DNA from: Amoeboradix gromovi X-113
Lineage: Eukaryota; Fungi; Sanchytriomycota
Direction: 5' to 3'
NCBI GenBank assembly: GCA_018985225.1
Contig: JADGIF010000619.1
Span: 1 to 5,917 of the forward strand
DNA: 5,917 nt
Part shown: positions 1 through 5,917 of the stretch, piece by piece
Layout of the letters: each line of letters opens with the position of its first letter
Numbering within the stretch: the first letter of the stretch is position 1
Position numbers and translations under genes: made by a program
Notes under the pieces: generated by a model
Database searches by the model: none
Told to the model about the DNA's origin: nothing
Seen by the model: only the letters and a program-made list of their open reading frames with translations

Positions 1-162
1 TGAAGTACCTGGACTGATATCTCTGTGGTCTTGGTGACCGCATTGCTGACAATTGACGCAACGATTGAATCCTTTCATAATGCTTGCAGCTACTACAAGT
101 GTTGGAGACATCATGTTGTTATTGAATGGTTGCAACTCTAATGAGCTTTGAGTTCTTTTCAT
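1..162 (-). CDS. Possible 5' part of an unknown gene running off the left edge
   Basis: ATG at 162 opens MKRTQSSLELQPF...RCVNCQQCGHQDHRDISPGTS with no stop to base 1. The frame is open from 252. No family recognised. Confidence 0.2.
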   Translation of the reverse strand, partial: MKRTQSSLELQPFNNNMMSPTLVVAASIMKGFNRCVNCQQCGHQDHRDISPGTS

Positions 163-505
163 TTCGCATATTCTGATGCGATAAAATTGCTCGGTGCAAA
201 GGATGAATTGGCGACGATCTTCTGTATGGCTAGTATCAAGAGCACGGGCTGGTTATTGCTGTTATAACACCAGTCGAGGATCAGCCTGGTCTTCTCTACC
301 GCAGTGGCAGCACTGTAGATATTCCAAGTTACTCATATCTGTGGAGTTTGCCATTGCTATTGATAGTTTTGCTACTAGTGCATAGACTAATAAAATAGAG
401 TACCATAGCTTACGACTTTTAATAACGAAATTAGTCCTTTATTTATCACTTTTGAAGAATATACTTTTCATCGAACACGTCCACTTATTTGTATATTTTC
501 CAATC

Positions 506-2248
506 ATGGGGTTCACATCTTTACCAAAAAAGAATGATGATTTATCTAAATGGTATTCTCAGGTACTGGTTCAGTCTAAGCTGATTGAATATTATGATGT
601 AAGCGGTTGCTACATAATTCAACCGAACGCCTATAACATTTGGTACACAATTCAATGTTTCTTCAATGCTCATTTGGAGGATAATGGAATTGATCTTTGT
701 TATTTTCCCATGTTTGTAAACTATAAACATTTGGCTAAGGAACAGGACCATCTTGAGGGATTCAAAGCAGAGGTTGCATGTGTCTTACCGCCTAATAAAT
801 TGACCAACATGTTAGATCCTAAGAATGCCGAAAAAATGGATTTAATGGATCTTATTGCAATTAGACCTACCAGCGAGGCAGTCATGTATCCATATTATTC
901 GAAATGGATAACCGGTTATCGTGATCTCCCACTTAAATTGAACCAGTGGTGTAATGTTGTTCGCTGGGAGTTTAAGCATCCTCAACCATTTATTCGAACT
1001 CGTGAGTTCTTGTGGCAAGAAGGCCATACAGCTCATTCTACTGAAAAGGAAGCTACTGAAGAAGTTTACATGGTTTTAGATTGGTACGCTACAATATATG
1101 AACAACTACTGGCGGTTCCTGTCGTGAAAGGCATCAAAAGTGAGGACGAGAAATTTGCTGGAGCTTTGTATACAACCACAATCGAGGCTTTTATTCCAGA
1201 AGCTGGTAGAGGTGTTCAAGGTGCAACAAGTCACTGTTTGGGTCAAAATTTCGCTAAGATGTTTGATATTCAATTTGAGGCTAAAGATGGAAGTAAGAAA
1301 TTTGTTTATCAAAACTCTTGGGGTATAACGACAAGAACTATAGGGGTGGCTTTGATGGTTCACGGTGATGACAACGGCTGTAATTGGAGCCCTTGGGTTG
1401 CACCTACTCAGATTGTTATAGTTCCATGTGGTATTACTAAAAATACACCGGAAGATGTCCAGTCTAGCATTCTAGATACCTGTGCTCTGCTACAGGATAG
1501 ACTCAAGAAGTCTAAATTTCATGAGTCTCTATTTTCGAATCAAGACTCGGGGCTACTAGCTGTGAAGACTAGAAAGTTAAGAACAGTACTGGATGACAGA
1601 GTAAACGTGACTGCTGGATTCAAGTTCAACCACTGGGAACTAATGGGATGTCCATTAAGATTTGAAATTGGGCCTCGTGATTTAGAAAATAATTCATGTA
1701 CCGTTGTAGTAAGATGCAATAGAAGCAAAAAATTGTTGGATTTAAAAGATTTGTCATCAAAGGAACCCTTGTCTGATAGCATTTTAAAGCAAATTGTAGA
1801 TATAATGGAATACGCTCATCAGTCATTATTAGACATTGCTAGAAAAAAGCGGGATGCTCAGTGTAAGCAAGTCACTACTATGAAGGATGTGCTAAAAGCC
1901 TTGAACAATAATTGTATAGTTTTGATTCCATGGTGCAAAGAAAGCGAGTGTGAGAATAACATGAAGAAGCTGACTGCTGAGCATGGAGAGTTAGAACAAT
2001 CGAAGTTTAAAGAAAAAATGTTGAAGAGAGAATTGAAGAAGAGTAAAAAGAAGCTGGAAAAGCTTTCGCTTGACGAAAAAGAAAAGGATATTGTGGAGGA
2101 AGAGCAGGTGGACGAGTTGGTAATGCCTGTTAGCATGGGTATGAAATCATTATGTATGCCATTGAAGCAGCCTACTGAAGAGCTATCAGGTTGCGTTGGA
2201 TGTGGAAAGGACGCGAAGATTTGGGGGTTATTTGGCAGATCATATTAA
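506..2248 (+). CDS. proS: Prolyl-tRNA synthetase, cytosolic eukaryote/archaeal type, 580 aa
   Basis: Class II motifs YFPMF, IAIRPTSE, LNQWCNVVRWEFKHPQPFIRTREFLWQEGHT, QGATSHCLGQNF and QNSWGITTRTIG; anticodon domain KFNHWELMGCPLRFEIGPRD; Cys-containing C-terminal domain ending FGRSY-TAA. Start placed at the first ATG (506), not the TTG at 452, because the gene is eukaryotic and similarity begins there. Confidence 0.97.
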   Translation: MGFTSLPKKNDDLSKWYSQVLVQSKLIEYYDVSGCYIIQPNAYNIWYTIQCFFNAHLEDNGIDLCYFPMFVNYKHLAKEQDHLEGFKAEVACVLPPNKLTNMLDPKNAEKMDLMDLIAIRPTSEAVMYPYYSKWITGYRDLPLKLNQWCNVVRWEFKHPQPFIRTREFLWQEGHTAHSTEKEATEEVYMVLDWYATIYEQLLAVPVVKGIKSEDEKFAGALYTTTIEAFIPEAGRGVQGATSHCLGQNFAKMFDIQFEAKDGSKKFVYQNSWGITTRTIGVALMVHGDDNGCNWSPWVAPTQIVIVPCGITKNTPEDVQSSILDTCALLQDRLKKSKFHESLFSNQDSGLLAVKTRKLRTVLDDRVNVTAGFKFNHWELMGCPLRFEIGPRDLENNSCTVVVRCNRSKKLLDLKDLSSKEPLSDSILKQIVDIMEYAHQSLLDIARKKRDAQCKQVTTMKDVLKALNNNCIVLIPWCKESECENNMKKLTAEHGELEQSKFKEKMLKRELKKSKKKLEKLSLDEKEKDIVEEEQVDELVMPVSMGMKSLCMPLKQPTEELSGCVGCGKDAKIWGLFGRSY

Positions 2249-2252
2249 TAAA
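2247..2252 (+). promoter_or_regulatory. Putative polyadenylation signal AATAAA overlapping the ProRS stop codon
   Basis: TAT TAA TAAA: the hexamer overlaps the TAA in a 16-bp convergent gap. Confidence 0.5.
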
Positions 2253-2264
2253 ACTTTGTCTTTA

Positions 2265-3921
2265 CTACTCCAATAACTTTGTAATCTTACCCATCGCTAC
2301 TGTGATATTCTCTGTTCTAATTGTGAATCTGCCTAACTGTGGCACATCTTTAAACTTCTCAGCACAGATACGGTGATCCAGCACATTTATTCGCACGATA
2401 CACATCTGTCCTTGTTTAACGAATTGCGGTGCTTTCTTAGATTTCTTATTAGTTTTCTTATCTACCAAATGCAGTAGCGCCTAAGTTAATCAAAAATACA
2501 TGAATAGCGATCTCGGTTGTGATATTACCCAGATGCATAACCGCTGTGTATCCACTGGTAATTATGTTCTTTAGTTCTAATATTACCAATTGTGCTTCAA
2601 ATTTATTCACTGCATGAATAGGCCTATCAACAGAGCAAGCAATAAATCCAACAAACACGTCCTCCTCCTCTACTCCCTTGACTTTTATCCTAATATTATC
2701 ACCGACCTTTGCACGCTGAATCTCCCCAGATTCATCTTCAATTGATTGAACAGTAATTTGCTTCTCAATTGGCATTAATAACAGTAAATCATTCTTTTTT
2801 ACGACTCCACTAGCGATTTTACCTGCTATAAACACACCCATGTCTTTAATTTTATCAGAAACTGGCATTATAAAAGGTTTCTTCATATTTGCCATCAAGT
2901 CCCCGCCAAAAGAATTTAGGAATTCTAATAAGGATGGTCCATTATAGTCAAACACACCAGCTTCTAGTCTGCTTTTGACGTTAGCACCAGTGTAGCCACT
3001 TATAGGCATAAACTGTACGTCGCTTGCACCAAATCCACATTGTTTGAGGAAAGGACTCACCTTATTGACAATCTCATTATATCTTTCGCTGCTCCACCTA
3101 ACAGTAGATTCATCCATTTTGTTAATAACTACTAGTAGTGACTTTAAGCCCGCGGTCTTAGCTAGAATGGCATGTTCTCGTGTCTGTCCATTCTTCTCAA
3201 ATCCGGCCTCAAATTCACCCTTTCGAGCAGATATTACTAATATCCCTAAGTCTGCCTGTTGCGCAGCTCCAATCATGTTTGGAATATAGTTTTTATGTCC
3301 TGGTGCATCGAGAATAATTACTTTTTTATTTTCAGTCTCAAAATAAGCCTTACCGGCTTCTACTGTAATGCCTTTGCTTCTCTCATCTTGATTCAAATCT
3401 AAAGCCCAAGCAAGATACCAAGATTCTCTATTCTGCTCAATGGCCTCTCTTTGGTATTTCTCCAAAGTACGTTGATCCACCATCCCACTCTGTATTAAAA
3501 TCTGGCCACCAAGAGTAGATTTTCCTGCATCAACATGTCCAATAAACACAATGTTTAAAGATTCTTTCAATTTAAAAAACTCTTCGTCAATTTCAAGGTC
3601 TAAATTGACAAATTTGTCAGTAATTTCTTTAAATTGTTCAGCGTCTTTAGTCCCAAGCTTTTGTTTAGTTCCTGTAGCAAAATCTGAAGATTTTGATGGT
3701 TTTTGCTCTTCTTTTTTTTCATTGTGGCCAATAACTTTTATTCCAGAATTTGGTTTTACAATTTTAATTTGACCAGTTGTACCTGTAGGTTTTATATCCT
3801 GAGGCCTTACAACCTTGATCTTATTAGTATCGGAAGCAGCAGACACCTGTGTCGGATAGTATTGTTGATAGAGTTCTTGATAATCATCATCAGGAGTAAA
3901 AGAATACTCTTCGTCAGACAT
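2265..3921 (-). CDS. SUP35: Eukaryotic release factor 3 GTPase (eRF3/Sup35); exons 3921..2500 and 2480..2265; 545 aa spliced
   Basis: G motifs GHVDAGKST, DAPGH and NKMD. ESWYLAWALD and the C-terminal PQLGRFTIR...IAMGK-like segment favour eRF3 over HBS1 or eEF1A. Splicing restores TEIAIH|ALLHLVDKKT. Start chosen at ATG 3921 (MSDEEY); upstream in-frame ATGs lie in AT-rich promoter-like sequence. Confidence 0.95.
2481..2499 (-). other. 19-nt spliceosomal intron (phase 0) in eRF3
   Basis: Minus strand reads CAT|GTATTTTTGATTAACTTAG|GCG: GTAT donor, TTAAC branch-like motif, TAG acceptor. Removal joins the two ORFs in frame without an extra peptide. Confidence 0.9.
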
Positions 3922-3975
3922 GGGGATAATGAAGAACATCAAGTTTAAATTCAAAATTTTAAACATACAAACTAT

Positions 3976-4191
3976 TTATTCTACGATGTGAAAGAACCTT
4001 GTTCCAACATTGCTAAATTTTGCGATTCCAAAAAGCGAAATACCAAATCCTACCCTACAGGCAAAACCACACCAACTAGGTTCTTCCAATACTACATATG
4101 GCTCATTTGCAGAGAGATGTGGAATGCCCATTACTGCTGCGATAAGCATAAACTCGTTTGGAATATTCGTATGATTCTCCAGTTTTGCCAA
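3976..4191 (-). other. Possible last exon or decayed remnant of an unidentified gene
   Basis: 71-codon frame whose stop overlaps AATAAA (GAA TAA A), as in ProRS. No recognisable domain, and no consistent upstream exon model could be built. Confidence 0.2.
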
Positions 4192-4388
4192 ATGAGGAAA
4201 ACTGGGGAACTAGAATGATCTCTATACTTGCTGGATCAACTATTTTAAACGTGTCTCAAAATAGAGCTGATTAAAAAAAAGTACCATACGGCATCGTCTG
4301 TACCATGGACTCCAAGTCCTTGTTATGTATTCTTTTCTCTGCTAGTCAGTTCTTTCAACGTGTTAGCGTGTATCCAGCGACCTTGTAT

Positions 4389-4512
4389 ACAGCTTTTAGA
4401 TTTTGTATAATAAGTTATTTATCGAGAATCTGTGTGTATTTACATATAATTGCATGGCTTTTTCAGATTTTCCAATAGCTTAAATACCCGATATTCTTCA
4501 TTTTCATAAATG
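4389..4512 (+). repeat. Direct repeat copy A (putative element left end), homologous to 5522..5642
   Basis: Manual alignment from ACAGCTT to GATATTCTT gives about 84/110 identities with one gap. Both copies end in AAATG. Offset is 1133 bp. Confidence 0.85.
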
Positions 4513-4661
4513 GAATCAATGGATGTAATCCTGAATACGTAAAATCCAAAGAAATAATTAGCAGGTACAGCACACATTCATCAACGTTGAGAAACTGGTC
4601 CAAACATGAAACAATTAAATGTCTTTCAATGCCTACAAAGAGATCATTAATAGACCTGTAA
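4510..4661 (+). pseudogene. tnpA: N-terminal MerR-like HTH of an IS607-family serine transposase; catalytic domain missing
   Basis: 4533..4661 reads EYVKSKEIISRYSTHSSTLRNWSKHETIKCLSMPTKRSLIDL*, fitting the IS607 TnpA pattern Y....E.....gv...TLRNW...g.I....P..R. ATG at 4510 is out of frame with it. No intact YxRVSS motif follows. Confidence 0.72.
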
Positions 4662-4722
4662 ATCATTTATTTGATAATTCGTATGTCTTGCGTGTACAAC
4701 AACGCGATATCTTAATACTCAT

Positions 4723-4846
4723 TAGGCATGTACAAGCTGTGGCAGTCTTAAGAAAACCAATTTAGAAACCTGGAACCTGTAAAAAGTGTCATTTGAAGAT
4801 AGATGGAGACCATATGGCAGCAAGGAACATATAAATCAAGTATCTG
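4723..4846 (+). pseudogene. tnpB: Fanzor2/TnpB C-terminal fragment (Zn finger plus RuvC-III)
   Basis: *ACTSCGSLKKTNLET (4723..4770), a frameshift, then TCKKCHLKIDGDHMAARNI*IKYL (4775..4846). This matches CxxCG...CxxC...DRDxNxARNI. Confidence 0.87.
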
Positions 4847-4849
4847 CAT

Positions 4850-4990
4850 CATTATTCAATCCCGCCTCAGGATAGTGCAAGCGTGAGCAACCACCGTAAC
4901 GGATTCACTGGCATTGCTAGTTTCTCTGTGGAAATTCTCGATTTTCTCGGAAATCAAAAGTTTTAACGAGTTGTAATATACACGTTCATT
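4850..4990 (+). ncRNA. Putative omegaRNA scaffold / right end of relic 1
   Basis: Lies immediately 3' of the Fanzor fragment. 4861..4920 is 34/60 GC. Nested stems TAGTGC/GCATTG (4873-78/4911-16), GTGAG/TTCAC (4883-87/4904-08) and CCG-TAA-CGG (4894-4902), plus hairpin GATTTT-CTCG-GAAATC (4940..4955). Confidence 0.45.
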
Positions 4991-5521
4991 TCAGTCCACT
5001 ACTTTATTCCAGTGGGTACACTGGCGTTGCCTTAGACCTTCAAAACATCGCGAAATTCTATTACACTCGCTGTTACTCCATTTACAGCTAAAGCAGAATT
5101 TGGATCTTATGAGATTGCAGTAAATAATTTTTTGCCTTCTTTTCCATTCCTTGCAATCTCTCTGTAACTGCATTATTTATTCACAGCTGGTATCTCACAG
5201 CACCTGACTTACACCTAGGTTAACTGTATTAATAATAAGCTTACTCAATCTTGACCTTGTACTCCGTAGATGGAGCGACTTCCTTTAGGAATCTGACACC
5301 TCTCAAAGTTTGAGGCCAAATCATTTCAATACTTCAAACTATCAATTGTAGTCTTGTTATAGACATGCTAGTAATATCTTTCCTTAGGCTCTTCTTCAGC
5401 GCCTATGGAAGGCATGTATATTTAAAGATTAAAAGTGTATTATTCTAGACTTTCCGAGTGAGTTTCTTACGTTCCAATTACTCATAAGCTAAAAGGACTC
5501 TATTCTATCTGTGTCGCTGCA

Positions 5522-5642
5522 ACAGCTTGACTATTTTCTTGAATAAATCATTTATCGCGAATTTGTATATATTTTTGTATCATTTCAAGATTTTTCCAGA
5601 TTTTTCTAATAGCTTGAACACTCGATATTCTTTTCGCAAATG
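5522..5642 (+). repeat. Direct repeat copy B (putative element left end)
   Basis: For example CAGATTTTTCTAATAGCTTGAACACTCGATATTCTT versus CAGATTTTCCAATAGCTTAAATACCCGATATTCTT in copy A. Confidence 0.85.
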
Positions 5643-5681
5643 TTAAATTAATTCTAAATAAATAACTAGCGGGCACAGCAT

Positions 5682-5917
5682 ACAAAGACATATGATCTTA
5701 TATAGTTGCCCTCGTTCAATACGAGCCAGATGCCAAGTAGCTTGTCGAGCAAGGTCGCAAGAAACATGGCTACAATGTCCCATTACGAATTCAAGGAACG
5801 CTTGAAGTTCAAGTGTAAGCAGAGGAAAGACGATGGTCGAATGCAATGAATCATTTACTAGTCAGACATGTACAAGGTGTGGTACTCTAAAGAAAACCAA
5901 TTTGGAGAGTAACACTT
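5682..5917 (+). pseudogene. tnpB: Fanzor2/TnpB fragment (RuvC-II region to Zn finger), one stop and one frameshift, incomplete at 3' edge
   Basis: KTYDLI*LPSFNTSQMPSSLSSKVARNMATMSHYEFKERLKFKCKQ (TAG at 5703-05), a frameshift in CAGAGGA near 5821, then RGKTMVECNESFTSQTCTRCGTLKKTNLESNT. Confidence 0.92.

Larger units (their letters stand above)
4389..4990 (+). mobile_element. Relic 1: internally deleted IS607-like TnpA/Fanzor2 element (boundaries approximate)
   Basis: Order on + strand: shared left end (4389..4512), TnpA HTH fragment, Fanzor C-terminal fragment, structured GC-richer tail. This matches the LE-tnpA-tnpB-omegaRNA/RE order of IS607. Right boundary is uncertain. Confidence 0.75.
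5522..5917 (+). mobile_element. Relic 2: internally deleted IS607-like Fanzor2 element, truncated by the window edge
   Basis: Left-end copy B is followed about 40 nt later by the C-terminal half of a Fanzor. TnpA and the Fanzor N-terminal half are absent. Confidence 0.78.

Noticed and set aside
234-398. Plus-strand frame ending in a hydrophobic tail (YLWSLPLLLIVLLLVHRLIK*)
   Set aside because: No start codon or credible splice into it, and no recognisable homology.
253-441. Stop-codon reassignment (TAA = Gln)
   Set aside because: ProRS ends at TAA exactly after the conserved FGRSY, eRF3 ends at TAG, and neither has internal TAA or TAG in over 1100 codons.
2455-2470. Programmed +1 frameshift at AGA TAA joining the two eRF3 ORFs (prfB- or Euplotes-like)
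   Set aside because: The 19-nt GT-AG intron explains the break and restores the expected ALxxLVDKK sequence; a frameshift would leave an aberrant peptide.
542-3948. Short track ORFs overlapping ProRS and eRF3
   Set aside because: Antisense or alternate-frame shadows of conserved genes.
4460-4500. Apparent conserved peptide EYRVFKLLE (-) or SNSLNTRYS (+) in both repeat copies
   Set aside because: Only four substitutions support the periodicity, stops and an indel flank it, and its position just upstream of the TnpA ATG fits a non-coding left end better. Not fully excluded.
4463-4666. Minus-strand track ORFs 4463..4666 and 5643..5846
   Set aside because: They are antisense shadows of the TnpA and Fanzor fragments on the + strand.
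5149-5166. U6 snRNA-like string TACAGAGAGATTGCAAGG on the minus strand
   Set aside because: It lacks the AGC triad spacing, the internal stem-loop and the 3' U tract.
4991-5173. RQKIIYC in the minus-strand ORF resembling the serine recombinase IIYxRVSS motif
   Set aside because: No RVSS follows and nothing else matches.
4389-5917. CRISPR array or LTR pair
   Set aside because: There is no regular repeat-spacer pattern, and the two repeats each precede Fanzor fragments rather than flanking a gag-pol region.

Overview
AT-rich, very compact eukaryotic DNA read in the standard code, probably fungal-grade or parasite (lineage not determinable). The left two-thirds holds two convergent housekeeping genes only 16 bp apart. 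One is a cytosolic eukaryote/archaeal-type prolyl-tRNA synthetase (+, 506..2248). The other is eRF3/Sup35 (-, 3921..2265), whose two track ORFs join by removing a 19-nt GT-AG intron. The right third has no intact ORF, but + strand translation across stops and frameshifts shows two head-to-tail, differently deleted relics of an IS607-type element carrying a Fanzor2 (eukaryotic TnpB) nuclease. Relic 1 has a left end, a TnpA HTH fragment, the Fanzor Zn-finger/RuvC-III tail and a structured omegaRNA-like tail. Relic 2 has a homologous left end and the Fanzor RuvC-II to Zn-finger region, and runs off the window. The ORF track shows none of this. All family calls come from motif recognition by eye; no searches were run.
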